Below, piece after piece: positions 1 to 10,739 of a stretch of DNA of 64,000 bases (position 1 is the stretch's first letter; each line of letters begins with the position of its first letter). The stretch is from Candidatus Uhrbacteria bacterium. Lineage in GTDB: Bacteria; Patescibacteriota; Patescibacteriia; UBA9934; GWF2-40-263. Both the position numbers and the translations under genes were made by a program. The notes beneath the pieces were generated by a model. It ran no database searches. It worked only from the letters and a program-made list of their open reading frames with translations, and was not told the origin of the DNA. Location: positions 118,229-182,228 of the forward strand of contig JAHFIQ010000002.1 of assembly GCA_023246355.1 (NCBI GenBank). The letters are read 5' to 3'.

Positions 1-264
1 TCTCATGAGAAGAAAGAAGATCCACTGGATATCTGGGACGTGATGCCTGAGGCCAAAACCCAGTCAGAAACATGGGATCCAGACAATCTTTCTGAGGACG
101 AGATGGTTGAGCTGGAAAAGCAGTACGAGGAATTTGCCAAGAGAAACATCAAGGAAGCTATTGCGGAAACGCAGGTAAAGCAGCCAGAGGAACCAAAATC
201 ACAGGATGCGAAAAAAGATGAAGATTTTGGGGAAGAACAGTTCTATTTGGAGCCAGTTGAATAA
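1..264 (+). CDS. 3' end of an acidic hypothetical protein (runs off the left edge)
   Basis: Frame is open from base 1 to TAA at 262-264. D/E/K-rich and does not resemble the EF-G C-terminus. Confidence 0.6.
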   Translation, partial: SHEKKEDPLDIWDVMPEAKTQSETWDPDNLSEDEMVELEKQYEEFAKRNIKEAIAETQVKQPEEPKSQDAKKDEDFGEEQFYLEPVE

Positions 265-301
265 CGTCCACAGGCGTGTTCATAAGTGTTCTACCTAAGA
301 C

Positions 302-330
302 TTGCGCGAATTTAGCCCCTTTGTTATACT
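302..330 (+). promoter_or_regulatory. sigma70-type promoter for tuf
   Basis: TTGCGC-17 nt-TATACT with an extended -10 TG. Confidence 0.6.
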
Positions 331-410
331 TTCGCACGTCTTCAAAAAAGGAGGCTAAAAGGAAAAAACATAAATAATTTTGGGTAAAAATTGCCCTTAC
401 TTTCAATCGT

Positions 411-1604
411 ATGGCTGAAGTCTTTCAGCGCACCAAGCCGCACGTGAACGTTGGTACCATTGGTCACGTTGACCACGGGAAAACTACGACCACGGCCGCC
501 CTGCTCGCCGTTTTGAACGCGAAGGGCATGACCGCCCAGAAAAAGGGCGTCGATGATTTGGATAAAGCTCCTGAGTCCAAGGCACGTGGAATCACGATCG
601 CCACAGCTCACTGTGAGTATGAATCCGACAAGCGCCACTATGCGCACGTCGACTGTCCAGGTCACGCCGACTATATTAAAAACATGATCACCGGTGCCGC
701 CCAGATGGACGGAGCCATTTTGGTCGTGTCTGCCGCTGATGGTCCAATGCCTCAGACCCGCGAGCACATTTTGCTCGCTCGTCAGGTTGGTGTTCCAGCC
801 ATCGTGGTGTTTTTGAACAAAGTTGATCAGGTGGACGATCCAGAACTCATTGACTTGGTTGAAGAGGAAGTTCGCGATCTGCTCAAGAAATACGAATATC
901 CAGGGGACGAAGTACCAATCATTCGTGGCTCAGCTCTTAAGGCGCTTGAAAATCCAACAGACGAAGCAGCCACCAAGTGCATCATGGATTTGGTCAATGC
1001 TCTGGATACCTACATCCCGGAACCTGTTCGTCAGACCGACAAACCATTCCTCATGCCTATCGAGGACGTATTTTCCATCGAAGGTCGCGGAACCGTTGTC
1101 ACAGGTCGTATTGAGCGTGGCATGTGTAAGATCGGTGATGAATTGCAAATTGTTGGAATGCGCGAAGAGGCCATGAAAACGGTTGTGACAGGCATCGAGA
1201 TGTTTAACAAGCAACTCTCAGAAGGTCGAGCCGGAGACAATGCGGGAGTGCTGTTGCGCGGAACAAAGAAAGAAGAAGTCGAGCGCGGAATGGTGCTTGC
1301 ACTTCCTGGTTCCATTACTCCACACACCACGTTTGAGGCAGAAACGTATGCTCTGACGAAGGAGGAAGGTGGACGCCACAAGCCTTTCTTCAAAGGCTAC
1401 AAGCCACAGTTTTACATTCGCACCACAGATGTAACCGGTGAAGTGCAGTTGCCTGAGGGAACAGAAATGGTGATGCCAGGGGACACAGCCAACCTGACCA
1501 TTACGCTCATCCAACCCGTGGCTCTTGAGGAAAAGATGTCCTTTGCTATTCGCGAAGGAGGTCATACGGTTGGTGCTGGCGTGGTGACAAAAATTATCAA
1601 ATAA
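411..1604 (+). CDS. tuf: elongation factor Tu
   Basis: [22 protein letters not shown] and NKVD motifs. Confidence 0.99.
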   Translation: MAEVFQRTKPHVNVGTIGHVDHGKTTTTAALLAVLNAKGMTAQKKGVDDLDKAPESKARGITIATAHCEYESDKRHYAHVDCPGHADYIKNMITGAAQMDGAILVVSAADGPMPQTREHILLARQVGVPAIVVFLNKVDQVDDPELIDLVEEEVRDLLKKYEYPGDEVPIIRGSALKALENPTDEAATKCIMDLVNALDTYIPEPVRQTDKPFLMPIEDVFSIEGRGTVVTGRIERGMCKIGDELQIVGMREEAMKTVVTGIEMFNKQLSEGRAGDNAGVLLRGTKKEEVERGMVLALPGSITPHTTFEAETYALTKEEGGRHKPFFKGYKPQFYIRTTDVTGEVQLPEGTEMVMPGDTANLTITLIQPVALEEKMSFAIREGGHTVGAGVVTKIIK

Positions 1605-1661
1605 TCCATAGGAGCTCCGGCGTTGTTGTCGGGGCTCCTTATTCGTTCTTTCTTTCCGCCT

Positions 1662-1991
1662 GTGACTGATCAGATCAAACCAGAAGAAAAGGCGCGCATC
1701 CGCATTAAGATTCGTGCCTACGATCACAAAATCATCGACTCGGCCACACAGACCATCATGAAGACGGCTGAACGGTCGGGGGCGGTGGTGATCGGCCCGG
1801 TCCCTCTTCCCACCGAGAAGCGGAAGTACACGGTGAATCGCTCGACGTTCGTGCACAAGGATTCTCGTGATCAGTATGAGATGCGTGTTCACAAGCGCAT
1901 CATCGATATTACGGATCCAACGGAGAAGACCATCGACTCGCTCATGAGTCTGAATCTTCCAGCGGGAGTCGATGTTGAAATCAAAACATAA
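1662..1991 (+). CDS. rpsJ: 30S ribosomal protein S10
   Basis: [11 protein letters not shown] and GPVPLPT motifs; GTG at 1662 is the likely start. Confidence 0.96.
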   Translation: MTDQIKPEEKARIRIKIRAYDHKIIDSATQTIMKTAERSGAVVIGPVPLPTEKRKYTVNRSTFVHKDSRDQYEMRVHKRIIDITDPTEKTIDSLMSLNLPAGVDVEIKT

Positions 1992-2147
1992 GGAGACGTT
2001 TGAACAAGGAAGAGAGATCTCGAGACTCTGGTCGCCGATCGGAGAAAACCTTCCTCGTGCTTTGAACGCCACCCTTTGGAGACGCGTATCCTCACAAATT
2101 ATTTTCCTCACGTCTGAGTTACGGTTACGGCCGTTTTCAATCATGAG

Positions 2148-2197
2148 GCTAGAAGTCAGCAAAGAATCAATGATTCTGTTCTGACTTCTAGCTTTTC
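2148..2197 (+). terminator. strong hairpin plus short U-tract between rpsJ and rplC (terminator or attenuator)
   Basis: GCTAGAAGTCAG...CTGACTTCTAGC with inner AGAATCA/TGATTCT, followed by TTTT. Confidence 0.5.
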
Positions 2198-2219
2198 TGC
2201 TAGGAAAAAGTTTCTTGTT

Positions 2220-2846
2220 ATGTCTTTCATCATTGGACGCAAAATTGAAATGACACAGAAGTTTAAGGACGACGGAACGGTCGTGCCTGTGACGTTGATT
2301 CGGGCTGAGCCAAATGTCGTGACTCAAGTCAAGACCCTTGCCTCTGACGGCTATGTCTCTGTGCAGGTTGGAACCGAAGTAGAAAAAGATCTCAACAAGC
2401 CCGAAGCAGGACATGTGAAGGATCTTCCTCTTGTGTCGCTCTTGCGTGAGTTTCGTGTGGACCCAGGGGAGATGAAACGTGGGGACCTCATGACCGTGGA
2501 AGCGTTTGCTCCTGGCGTTCATGTGGATGTCGTTGGAGTATCAAAAGGACGTGGATTTGCCGGTGTGGTGAAGCGACATCTGTTTCATGGAAAGCGCGCC
2601 ACACACGGAACCAAGGACCAGGAACGCATGCCAGGTTCCATTGCCTCTCAGCGCCAAGGAAAAGTCATCAAAGGACAGCGCATGGGCGGACACATGGGAA
2701 CCGATCGTGTCACGGTGAAAAATTTGGAAGTTATTGCGGTTGATGCAGCAGCTCAGGTGATCGCCCTCAAAGGCGCGATTCCTGGAGCGCGCGGAGGATT
2801 GGTTCTTATTAAGACTCGACCTGGAACGACTGTATGGCAAGTGTAG
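2220..2846 (+). CDS. rplC: 50S ribosomal protein L3
   Basis: GRKIEMTQ, SKGRGFAGVVKR and GHMG motifs; operon position. Confidence 0.98.
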   Translation: MSFIIGRKIEMTQKFKDDGTVVPVTLIRAEPNVVTQVKTLASDGYVSVQVGTEVEKDLNKPEAGHVKDLPLVSLLREFRVDPGEMKRGDLMTVEAFAPGVHVDVVGVSKGRGFAGVVKRHLFHGKRATHGTKDQERMPGSIASQRQGKVIKGQRMGGHMGTDRVTVKNLEVIAVDAAAQVIALKGAIPGARGGLVLIKTRPGTTVWQV

Positions 2847-3469
2847 ATCTCTACTCCGCACAAGGTGAATCAAAAGGATCGTTTACCCTTCCCGATCGCT
2901 TGTTTGCTGTGGCCGTGAATCCTGCGCTCGTCCATCAAGCGGTTGTCACCCAGGGAGCAAATGCCAGGTCTTCGATTGCTCACACCAAAACACGTGGGGA
3001 GGTTCAAGGAACGACCAAGAAACCTTGGAAACAAAAAGGCACAGGACGTGCACGTCACGGTTCTCGTCGTTCTCCTATTTGGATTGGTGGTGGTATCACG
3101 TTTGGCCCTCGCTCTGAGCGAAACTTTTCGTTGAAAATGAACAAGCGTGCTCGTCAGAAAGCGCTTGCCATGGTGCTCAGCGATAAGGTGGCTCATGGGA
3201 AAGTCATTGCCATTGAGCAGCTCGCCCTTGAGCAAGGAAAAACCAAGTCTCTCACGAGCCTTCTCAAAAAGCTCCCGCTCACAGGACGAAAAACATTGGT
3301 CGTTTCTGAACCTGAGAACAAAGGCGTGGCCCTTGCTTCACGCAACGTTCGCGGTGTGCAGTCCATTCCTGCCAATGCTCTGAACGTGGTTGATCTGCTC
3401 AGTGTTGATCAGGTGATTTTCACTGTTCCAGCGGTTTCGCTTATCACCAATCTGTTTAAGCGTATCTAG
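2834..3469 (+). CDS. rplD: 50S ribosomal protein L4
   Basis: KPWKQKGTGRARHGS. Confidence 0.98.
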   Translation: MASVDLYSAQGESKGSFTLPDRLFAVAVNPALVHQAVVTQGANARSSIAHTKTRGEVQGTTKKPWKQKGTGRARHGSRRSPIWIGGGITFGPRSERNFSLKMNKRARQKALAMVLSDKVAHGKVIAIEQLALEQGKTKSLTSLLKKLPLTGRKTLVVSEPENKGVALASRNVRGVQSIPANALNVVDLLSVDQVIFTVPAVSLITNLFKRI

Positions 3470-3470
3470 T

Positions 3471-3866
3471 ATGGGAATTTTCAATCGATTTAAAAAGACG
3501 AAGCATGAACCTGAACAGGTTCAGGAACAGAAAGCTGCCTTGGTCACCAAAGCAGCCGAGGGTTCTATTTCCATGCAAAAGCGTTCAGCGTCGAATGTCA
3601 TTGTTCGTCCACTGGTTACGGAGAAATCCGCGGGTCTTGCCGGAAGCAATACATACGTCTTTGTTGTTGATACGCGAGCCAATCGCATCCAAGTGCGTAG
3701 TGCCATCAAACAGATGTATGGCATCACGCCTTTGCGTGTGAACATCCAAAACGTTCCAGGTAAGTGGGTGCGTTTTGGTCGTTCCCAGGGGAAACGAAGT
3801 GACTGGAAGAAGGCCTTGGTGACGCTGCCTGAGGGCAAGACCATTAACGTCCACGAAGGAGTTTAA
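3471..3866 (+). CDS. rplW: 50S ribosomal protein L23 with N-terminal extension
   Basis: PLVTEKS and WKKALVTL. Confidence 0.96.
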   Translation: MGIFNRFKKTKHEPEQVQEQKAALVTKAAEGSISMQKRSASNVIVRPLVTEKSAGLAGSNTYVFVVDTRANRIQVRSAIKQMYGITPLRVNIQNVPGKWVRFGRSQGKRSDWKKALVTLPEGKTINVHEGV

Positions 3867-3867
3867 T

Positions 3868-4713
3868 ATGGGAGTCAAACACTACAGACCAACAACCAAT
3901 GGTAGACGCATTTCCAGTGTGGACGATTTTTCTGATGTCACGAAGTTTTCACCAGAAAAGAAGTTGACGATCAACAAGAAAAAGTTTGCGGGTCGCACCA
4001 AGGGAAAAATTACGGTTCGTCATCATGGTGGTGGAGCTCGTCAACGCATCCGATTGATTGATTCTCGTCGTGAGAAGTTTGACGTACCGGCTTCTGTGGT
4101 CGCGATTGAATACGATCCAAACCGCGGTGCACGCTTGGCCTTGCTGCACTACGCCGATGGAGAAAAGCGCTACATCATTGCTCCGGTTGGATTGAACGTG
4201 GGAGCGACCATCGTTTCCTCAACCAAAAAAGGCGAGATCCAAACAGGGAATCGTTTTCAGCTCCAGCACATGCCCGTTGGTATGCAGGTCTACGATATTG
4301 AACTCAAACCTGGCAAAGGTGGACAGATGGTTCGTGGAGCTGGGACAACCGCTCAGTTGATGGCCGTAGAAGGCGCGTATGCAACTCTCAAACTTCCTTC
4401 AGGCGAAATTCGCATGGTGGCAAAAGAGTGCATGGCAACGCTTGGAACAGCATCCAACCCAGATCGACGTCTCATCCGTTGGGGCAAGGCTGGACGCATG
4501 CGCCATCGGGGGATCCGTCCGACGGTCCGAGGAAAAGTCATGAACCCCGTTGATCACCCGCATGGTGGTGGTGAAGGCAGAAATCCGATTGGACTCAAGC
4601 GCCCCAAGACGCCAACCGGAAAGCCAGCGCTGGGCGTGAAGACGCGCAAACGTCAGGCATCGGACTCTTTGATCGTTTCACGCCGTAAGCGTGGGCGATT
4701 TGTCGGAAGTTAA
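3868..4713 (+). CDS. rplB: 50S ribosomal protein L2
   Basis: EYDPNR and [13 protein letters not shown]. Confidence 0.99.
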   Translation: MGVKHYRPTTNGRRISSVDDFSDVTKFSPEKKLTINKKKFAGRTKGKITVRHHGGGARQRIRLIDSRREKFDVPASVVAIEYDPNRGARLALLHYADGEKRYIIAPVGLNVGATIVSSTKKGEIQTGNRFQLQHMPVGMQVYDIELKPGKGGQMVRGAGTTAQLMAVEGAYATLKLPSGEIRMVAKECMATLGTASNPDRRLIRWGKAGRMRHRGIRPTVRGKVMNPVDHPHGGGEGRNPIGLKRPKTPTGKPALGVKTRKRQASDSLIVSRRKRGRFVGS

Positions 4714-4717
4714 TTGT

Positions 4718-5044
4718 ATGGCACGAAGTCTCAAAAAAGGACCCTACGTTCACCCCAAACTCTTAAAAAAACTCCTCACACGCAAACCTGGTGTGGGCGG
4801 GCCAATTAAGACGTGGGCGCGTTCTTCCACGATCACACCAGAAATGGTTGGATTCATTTTCGCGGTGCACAATGGCCGCGATTTCATCCAAGTGCGCGTG
4901 GTTGAAAATATGGTAGGTCACAAGCTGGGCGAGTTTTCTCCGACACGAAAGTTTGTGAAGCACGGTGGAACAACCAAGGCAACAGAAGAGGGTGGAACAC
5001 CTGCCGCGGCTCCAGCCTCAGCACCAAAAGCAGGAAAAAAATAA
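4718..5044 (+). CDS. rpsS: 30S ribosomal protein S19
   Basis: MARSLKKGP and [11 protein letters not shown]; ATG at 4718. Confidence 0.98.
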   Translation: MARSLKKGPYVHPKLLKKLLTRKPGVGGPIKTWARSSTITPEMVGFIFAVHNGRDFIQVRVVENMVGHKLGEFSPTRKFVKHGGTTKATEEGGTPAAAPASAPKAGKK

Positions 5045-5050
5045 TCTCCT

Positions 5051-5443
5051 ATGGAAGTTCAAGCATCTGCACGCTATATCCGCATGTCTCCGACCAAAGT
5101 TCGGTTGGTGATTGATATTGTCCGCGGATTGAAAGTGCGCGACGCTCAGGCTCAACTGGCGTTCATGAAAAAAGCCGCGGCGGAACCAGTCTTGAAACTG
5201 CTCAATTCTGCCATCGCGAATGCCTCGCATAATTTTCAGATGGAGAAAGAATCTCTGTACATCAAATCGATTGTCGCCGATGGCGGGCCAATGCTTGGAC
5301 GCTTTCGAGCTCGTGCCATGGGTCGGGCCGCTCCGATCCGAAAGCGCAGCTCACACATTTCCATTGTTTTGGATGATGTGAAGAATCGTCAAAAGGCACG
5401 ATCGAAGAAGACTAACGAATCGCTCAAAACGCAAAAGGCTTAA
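5051..5443 (+). CDS. rplV: 50S ribosomal protein L22
   Basis: SPTKVRLV and RARAMGRA..IRKRSSHI. Confidence 0.98.
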   Translation: MEVQASARYIRMSPTKVRLVIDIVRGLKVRDAQAQLAFMKKAAAEPVLKLLNSAIANASHNFQMEKESLYIKSIVADGGPMLGRFRARAMGRAAPIRKRSSHISIVLDDVKNRQKARSKKTNESLKTQKA

Positions 5444-5451
5444 CGTAAGGT

Positions 5452-6096
5452 ATGGGAAATAAGGTAAACCCAATTGGATTCCGTGTTGGTGTCATCCGTG
5501 GATGGGATGGTGTTTGGTTTGCCAACCGCCAGCAGTTCAAAAACTTCTTGAAAGAAGATGTGGCGATCCGCGACTATCTGAAGAAGTTACTGAAAGAAGC
5601 CCTGGTTGATCGGATTGAAATTGAGCGTTCACGTCAGGAAATTCGTTTGATGATTTACTCAGCCAAGCCTGGTATTATCATCGGCCGTGGCGGTGCAGGG
5701 ATTGAAGATCTTACCAAGAAGCTCAAAACAACGTTTTTCCCTGGACGACGGGTGAAGATGAGCTTGAACGTCAAGGAAATCCAAAAACCGTCATTGTCTG
5801 CGCAGGTGATAGGCCAGCAAATCGCTGCGGATATTGAGAAGCGCATGCCGTTTCGACGTGTCATGAAGATGGCGATCGAGCGTGCCAAGAAAGCCGGAGC
5901 GCTCGGAGTCAAGGTCACCATCAGCGGACGATTGAATGGGTCGGATATTGCTCGCCGTGAAACGATTGCCGACGGCAAGATCCCTTTGCACAACCTGCGA
6001 TCAGATATCGATTTTGCACCGGTGAAGGCCCAAACGATTTGGGGTTCGATCGGGGTAAAGGTCTGGATCAATCGTGGGGAAATTTTTGAAAGCTAG
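5452..6096 (+). CDS. rpsC: 30S ribosomal protein S3
   Basis: [13 protein letters not shown]-domain GIIIGRGG and GVKVWI. Confidence 0.98.
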   Translation: MGNKVNPIGFRVGVIRGWDGVWFANRQQFKNFLKEDVAIRDYLKKLLKEALVDRIEIERSRQEIRLMIYSAKPGIIIGRGGAGIEDLTKKLKTTFFPGRRVKMSLNVKEIQKPSLSAQVIGQQIAADIEKRMPFRRVMKMAIERAKKAGALGVKVTISGRLNGSDIARRETIADGKIPLHNLRSDIDFAPVKAQTIWGSIGVKVWINRGEIFES

Positions 6097-6097
6097 T

Positions 6098-6517
6098 ATG
6101 TTGATGCCAAAGAAAGTCAAACATCGCAAGTGGCACAAAGGTCGCCGTTTGGGACGAAGAATCGCTACCACCAAGACTACACTCGCCTTTGGCAGTTTCG
6201 GATTGAAAGCCACCACCGAATCGTGGATCACTTCACGACAAATTGAAGCGGCTCGCCGTGCCATGACACGTGCCGTGGCTCGTGGGGGAAAAATCTGGAT
6301 TCGTATTTTCCCAGACAAGCCTGTGACGACCAAAGGGTCGGAAATGCCGATGGGAAAAGGAAAAGGCGCGGTGGATCATTATGTGGCGATTGTGCGGCCT
6401 GGAACCATCATGTTTGAAATGGGTGGTGTGGATGAGTCGCTCGCCAGGTCTGCTCTTACCCTGGCTTCTCACAAACTTCCGGTCATCACAAAAATTGTGA
6501 CCCGCGAGGTGATGTAA
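6098..6517 (+). CDS. rplP: 50S ribosomal protein L16
   Basis: [21 protein letters not shown] and MGKGKG. Confidence 0.98.
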   Translation: MLMPKKVKHRKWHKGRRLGRRIATTKTTLAFGSFGLKATTESWITSRQIEAARRAMTRAVARGGKIWIRIFPDKPVTTKGSEMPMGKGKGAVDHYVAIVRPGTIMFEMGGVDESLARSALTLASHKLPVITKIVTREVM

Positions 6518-6521
6518 CCCT

Positions 6522-6725
6522 ATGGATACAAAAGCTCTCCGATCTAAATCAACCGAGGCTCTTCAAACAGAGCTCTCAGAAGCACAGACACACCTGAAGT
6601 CTCTGGATTTTAAGCTCGCTGCCAACCAATTAAAAAACGTGCGTGAAAGTCGAAAAACGAAGCAGCTCATCGCGCGTCTGCAAACGCTGATCAACGAAAA
6701 ACATCTTGTACAACCATCGGTATGA
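6522..6725 (+). CDS. rpmC: 50S ribosomal protein L29
   Basis: Size, operon position and IARLQT motif. Confidence 0.92.
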   Translation: MDTKALRSKSTEALQTELSEAQTHLKSLDFKLAANQLKNVRESRKTKQLIARLQTLINEKHLVQPSV

Positions 6726-6976
6726 CCGCTACATCTATTCATCGAACATTTACCGGAGTCGTCGTGTCGGCCAAAATGGCCAAGACGCTTGTTGTGCGTG
6801 TTGAGCGTACGGTGGTTCATCCCAAGTATGGTAAGCGCTATGTGCGATCCAACAAGTTTCATGTCCACGATGAAGCTGGTACACATAAGGAAGGAGACAC
6901 CGTCACCTTTCGTGCCTGCCGACCGATTTCTAAGACCAAATGTTGGAGAGTGTTAACGAGCCAGGCAAAGAACTAA
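6722..6976 (+). CDS. rpsQ: 30S ribosomal protein S17
   Basis: [17 protein letters not shown] and RPISKTK. Confidence 0.97.
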   Translation: MTATSIHRTFTGVVVSAKMAKTLVVRVERTVVHPKYGKRYVRSNKFHVHDEAGTHKEGDTVTFRACRPISKTKCWRVLTSQAKN

Positions 6977-6977
6977 T

Positions 6978-7349
6978 ATGGTGCAGCTCAGATCCATGAT
7001 CAAAGTCGCCGATAATACCGGAGCCCGCAAATTGCAGGTCATTCGTGTGATTGGTGGATATCAGCAGCGTTACGCCTACATTGGCGACATTGTGACCGCC
7101 GCCGTGAAGGAAGCGGTTCCACATGGTACGGTCAAGAAGAGTGATGTGGTCACCGCCGTGATGGTTCGTGCGCGTAAAGAGATTCGTCGCCCTGACGGGA
7201 CGTACATTCGCTTTGATGAAAATGCGGCTGTGATTATTGATTCCAAGACGAAAGAGCCAAAGGGCACGCGCATTTTTGGACCTGTGGCACGTGAATTGCG
7301 CGGCCTGGGTTTCACCAAAATTATTTCTCTGGCTCCAGAAGTCCTCTAG
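6978..7349 (+). CDS. rplN: 50S ribosomal protein L14
   Basis: [15 protein letters not shown] and SLAPEVL. Confidence 0.99.
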   Translation: MVQLRSMIKVADNTGARKLQVIRVIGGYQQRYAYIGDIVTAAVKEAVPHGTVKKSDVVTAVMVRARKEIRRPDGTYIRFDENAAVIIDSKTKEPKGTRIFGPVARELRGLGFTKIISLAPEVL

Positions 7350-7350
7350 T

Positions 7351-7674
7351 ATGAAAATCAAGACTGGCGACAACGTCCGTGTCCGCACGGGCAAAGACAA
7401 AGGTAAACAAGGAACCATCCTTCAGGTGTTTCCTCATCTTGAACGTGTCGTCGTTGAAGGGGTGAACAAGATGACCAAACATCTGCGTAAAACCGGGCAA
7501 CGGGCTGGACAGAAAATTGAGTTTTCTTCCCCGATTCACGTCTCCAACGTAGAACTTGTTTCTCCAAAAAGTGGAACGGCTGGTCGTGTGGCGTACAAGC
7601 TGATTGAGCAGGACGGAACAAAGAAGAAGATTCGTGTGATTCGTAAAAAAGGCGAAACCGAGGATATCGAATAA
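7351..7674 (+). CDS. rplX: 50S ribosomal protein L24
   Basis: MKIKTGD..GKDKGK and IHVSNV; ATG at 7351. Confidence 0.97.
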   Translation: MKIKTGDNVRVRTGKDKGKQGTILQVFPHLERVVVEGVNKMTKHLRKTGQRAGQKIEFSSPIHVSNVELVSPKSGTAGRVAYKLIEQDGTKKKIRVIRKKGETEDIE

Positions 7675-7678
7675 CGGT

Positions 7679-8221
7679 ATGTCATTCCAAACTTTCTACA
7701 AAAAAGACGTCGCTCCAAAACTCATTACAGAGTTTGGTTTCAAGAACGTCCATGCGGTTCCCACGGTGAAGGCGATAACGCTCAACGTGGGACTTGGTCC
7801 GGGTCTGAAAGACGCGAAGTTTTTGGAAACAGCCGAGAAAACGCTGATCCGCATCTCAGGTCAAAAGCCGGTGATGACCAAATCACGCAAGTCCATTGCT
7901 GGGTTCAAGATTCGTGAAGGACTGGTCGTTGGCATGAAAGTCACCCTGCGCGGAAAGCGCATGTGGGATTTTCTGGAAAAACTTATTCGTGTTTCCTTGC
8001 CACGCATACGCGATTTTCGTGGGCTCTCGCCGGATGCCTTCGATGGACAAGGAAATTACTCAATCGGCTTCAAAGAGCACATGGCTTTCCCTGAGATTCG
8101 CAGCGACGAGATTGAGCTCATTCACGGATTGCAAGTCACGATTGCGACCTCCGCCGGATCCGATCCTATCGCGCGATCGCTGCTTAAACACTTAGGGATG
8201 CCACTGCGAACGGAAAACTAA
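7679..8221 (+). CDS. rplE: 50S ribosomal protein L5
   Basis: GQKP, FKIREG and LPRIRDFRG. Confidence 0.98.
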   Translation: MSFQTFYKKDVAPKLITEFGFKNVHAVPTVKAITLNVGLGPGLKDAKFLETAEKTLIRISGQKPVMTKSRKSIAGFKIREGLVVGMKVTLRGKRMWDFLEKLIRVSLPRIRDFRGLSPDAFDGQGNYSIGFKEHMAFPEIRSDEIELIHGLQVTIATSAGSDPIARSLLKHLGMPLRTEN

Positions 8222-8222
8222 T

Positions 8223-8408
8223 ATGGCCACCGAGAACCAAATTGCCAAATCAAAAAAACGACCCAAGTTTTCCACACGTGTGGTCCACCGTTGTTGGCGT
8301 TGTGGACGCTCTCGTGCCTATATGAGAGTGTTCGGCATCTGTCGTATCTGTTTCCGCGAGCTGGCCAACCGTGGTGAGATTCCAGGCGTAAAAAAATCAA
8401 GCTGGTAA
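8223..8408 (+). CDS. rpsN: 30S ribosomal protein S14, zinc-binding type
   Basis: 61 aa with CxxC...CRICFRE. Confidence 0.97.
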   Translation: MATENQIAKSKKRPKFSTRVVHRCWRCGRSRAYMRVFGICRICFRELANRGEIPGVKKSSW

Positions 8409-8410
8409 TT

Positions 8411-8803
8411 ATGATCACCGATCCAATCTCCGATTTTCTTACACGTATTCGCAATGCTCAGTTGGTGCATCTTCCTGAGATTGTTTTGCCATATTCAAAA
8501 ATCAAATTTGCGATTGCGAAAATTCTTGAGAAAGAAGGGTACGTCGGACGTGTTGAGAAAATCGAGCAAGCAAAGATGCCCTCTCTTCGCGTTGAGTTGT
8601 GTTATCCCTCTGGTCAACCAAGGATACAGATGATTTCACGAGTGAGCCGACCCAGCCGGCGTGTATACGCCAAGTCAACGGAGCTGCCACGCGTGCTTTC
8701 TGATTTTGGCATCGCGATTATTTCAACCCCAAACGGCATGATGACGAATAAAGAAGCCCGAGCGCGTCACTTGGGCGGGGAAGTCATTTGCGAAGTTTCC
8801 TAA
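8411..8803 (+). CDS. rpsH: 30S ribosomal protein S8
   Basis: DPISDFLTRIRN and GGEVIC. Confidence 0.98.
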   Translation: MITDPISDFLTRIRNAQLVHLPEIVLPYSKIKFAIAKILEKEGYVGRVEKIEQAKMPSLRVELCYPSGQPRIQMISRVSRPSRRVYAKSTELPRVLSDFGIAIISTPNGMMTNKEARARHLGGEVICEVS

Positions 8804-8804
8804 T

Positions 8805-9368
8805 ATGTCTCGTGTTGGAAAAAAACCCATTCTGATTCCTACCGGTGTTGAGGTAAGCATTCAGGATCAAACCGTGAACGTCAAAGGTCCAAAAGGATCG
8901 CTCTTCACGAGCGTGAATGCCATTGTGACGCCAGTCCTTTCTGAGACTCCCGAAGGCAAAGTCGTTGTCTTTCAGGTTGACGAAACCATGGTCGACGATG
9001 CAAACACCCGAGCTCAATGGGGAACCGCACGCGCCAACGTCGCCAATCTTGTCAAAGGAGTGACGGAGGGATTCATGAAAAAACTAGAGGTCAACGGTGT
9101 GGGTTTTCGCGTGAATGTTTCAGGTCGTACGATTGTGCTGACCGTCGGGTTCTCCCATGACGTGAAGGTCCCCCTGCCTGAGGGTGTGACGGCGACGGTT
9201 GAGGGGAACCTCATCACGATCACAGGAGCTGACAAACATTTGGTGGGTGAATTTGCTGATCGTGTCCGTTCGATTAAAAAGCCTGAGCCCTACAAGGGGA
9301 AAGGGATCAAGTACACTGATGAAGTGATTCGTCGAAAAGCTGGTAAGACCCAAAAGGCAGGAGCCTAA
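8805..9368 (+). CDS. rplF: 50S ribosomal protein L6
   Basis: MSRVGKKP and PEPYKGKGI. Confidence 0.98.
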   Translation: MSRVGKKPILIPTGVEVSIQDQTVNVKGPKGSLFTSVNAIVTPVLSETPEGKVVVFQVDETMVDDANTRAQWGTARANVANLVKGVTEGFMKKLEVNGVGFRVNVSGRTIVLTVGFSHDVKVPLPEGVTATVEGNLITITGADKHLVGEFADRVRSIKKPEPYKGKGIKYTDEVIRRKAGKTQKAGA

Positions 9369-9371
9369 TCT

Positions 9372-9728
9372 ATGAGTGGCAACATCAAACAAAAACGCGC
9401 ACACGCGGCTCTGAGAGCCCATCGAACCCGTTCACGTATTCGTGGCACGGCTGAGTGTCCGCGTCTGACCGTCAAGCGCAGCTTGAAGCATATCTATGCC
9501 CAACTCATTGACGATGCCAAAGGAGTGACTTTGGCTGCTGCGTCAGACACAACCGTGAAAGCGACGGGTAAACCGGTTGAAGTCGCACAGGCGGTTGGAG
9601 CGTCTTTGGCAGACCAGGCAAAAGCGAAAGGGTTGTCTTGTGCGGTGTTCGATCGAGGCAGTTACCGGTATCATGGTCGTGTAGCTGCGATTGCACAGGG
9701 CGCTCGAGAGGGAGGACTCACTATTTAA
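9372..9728 (+). CDS. rplR: 50S ribosomal protein L18
   Basis: HIYAQLIDD and FDRGSYRYHGRV. Confidence 0.98.
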   Translation: MSGNIKQKRAHAALRAHRTRSRIRGTAECPRLTVKRSLKHIYAQLIDDAKGVTLAAASDTTVKATGKPVEVAQAVGASLADQAKAKGLSCAVFDRGSYRYHGRVAAIAQGAREGGLTI

Positions 9729-9729
9729 T

Positions 9730-10272
9730 ATGCCAGACCAAAAATTACAAACAAAATCCGGCCGCGGAGGTGGAAAACAAGGAGGAGAGGACGCGCGAGG
9801 ACGTGGTCGCGGACGTGGTCGCAAGAATGAAGAGCGTGCTCCTCGTGAATTTGAGCAAAAGATTTTGGATTTGGCTCGTGTGACTCGTGTGACCGCTGGA
9901 GGGAAACGTATGTCGTTTCGTTGCGCCCTTATTATCGGTGACAAAAAAGGCCGCGTAGGACTGGGTGTTGCCAAGGGGGCGGATGTCCAGATCGCGATTG
10001 AGAAGGCCTACAAGCAGGCAAAGAAAGATGTGCTGGTCGTGCCGATCGTTGATCAAACGCTTCCTCATCCCATCACCGTAAAGTTAGGTTCTGCCATGAT
10101 TATCTTGAAGCCTGCACCTTCTGGTACAGGACTCAAGAGCGGTGGTGCCATGCGTATGGTTCTGGAATTTGCCGGTGTGCCAAATGCGGTTTCAAAAATT
10201 ATCAATTCAAGCAATAAAATAAACATCGCGCAGGCCACACTGGAAGCCATTCGTCGACTGCAGATGGCCTAA
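9730..10272 (+). CDS. rpsE: 30S ribosomal protein S5 with RG-rich N-terminal extension
   Basis: RVTRVTAGGK and LKPAPSGTG; ATG at 9730. Confidence 0.97.
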   Translation: MPDQKLQTKSGRGGGKQGGEDARGRGRGRGRKNEERAPREFEQKILDLARVTRVTAGGKRMSFRCALIIGDKKGRVGLGVAKGADVQIAIEKAYKQAKKDVLVVPIVDQTLPHPITVKLGSAMIILKPAPSGTGLKSGGAMRMVLEFAGVPNAVSKIINSSNKINIAQATLEAIRRLQMA

Positions 10273-10289
10273 GTTCCTGTTCACCCTCT

Positions 10290-10730
10290 ATGTCACTTAC
10301 CCTTCACACCTTGCGACCACAAAAAGGCTCTCAGAAATCCAAGAAGCGCGTTGGACGTGGTTTGGGTTCCACTGGCACCTATTCCGGACGAGGAGTGAAA
10401 GGGCAGAGCGCTCGCTCCGGTGTTTCGGGTTTGAAACTTCAAGGTCTGCGCCATATCATGCTTGCCACGCCAAAGATGCGGGGGTTTACGAGCGGTTGGG
10501 AACGAGCCCAAGCGGTGAATGTTGATGATCTTTCAAAGACGTTTAAGACGGGAATGAAAGTCACACCGAAATTGCTTGAAAAAGCTGGGCTGATCGGAAA
10601 AGCGACTTCTCCGGTGAAAGTGCTTGGTGGGGGAGCGATTTCCATTGCGCTTACCCTCTCAGGTTGTCGTGTATCAGCGTCTGCAAAACAAAAAATCGAG
10701 GCAGCGGGTGGAAGTATTGTCAAAGAATAA
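10290..10730 (+). CDS. rplO: 50S ribosomal protein L15
   Basis: KRVGRG..GRGVKGQ.ARSG and KIEAAGG. Confidence 0.97.
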   Translation: MSLTLHTLRPQKGSQKSKKRVGRGLGSTGTYSGRGVKGQSARSGVSGLKLQGLRHIMLATPKMRGFTSGWERAQAVNVDDLSKTFKTGMKVTPKLLEKAGLIGKATSPVKVLGGGAISIALTLSGCRVSASAKQKIEAAGGSIVKE

Positions 10731-10739
10731 TCGATCGCT

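Noticed and set aside
1218-2522. 434-aa minus-strand ORF and many other long antisense ORFs
   Set aside because: These are shadows of well-supported genes on the opposite strand (tuf, rpsJ, rplC and others) and show no recognisable motifs.
9799-9822. 12-bp tandem GGACGTGGTCGC in rpsE
   Set aside because: It encodes an ordinary RG-rich low-complexity N-terminal tail and is unrelated to the 9-bp element.
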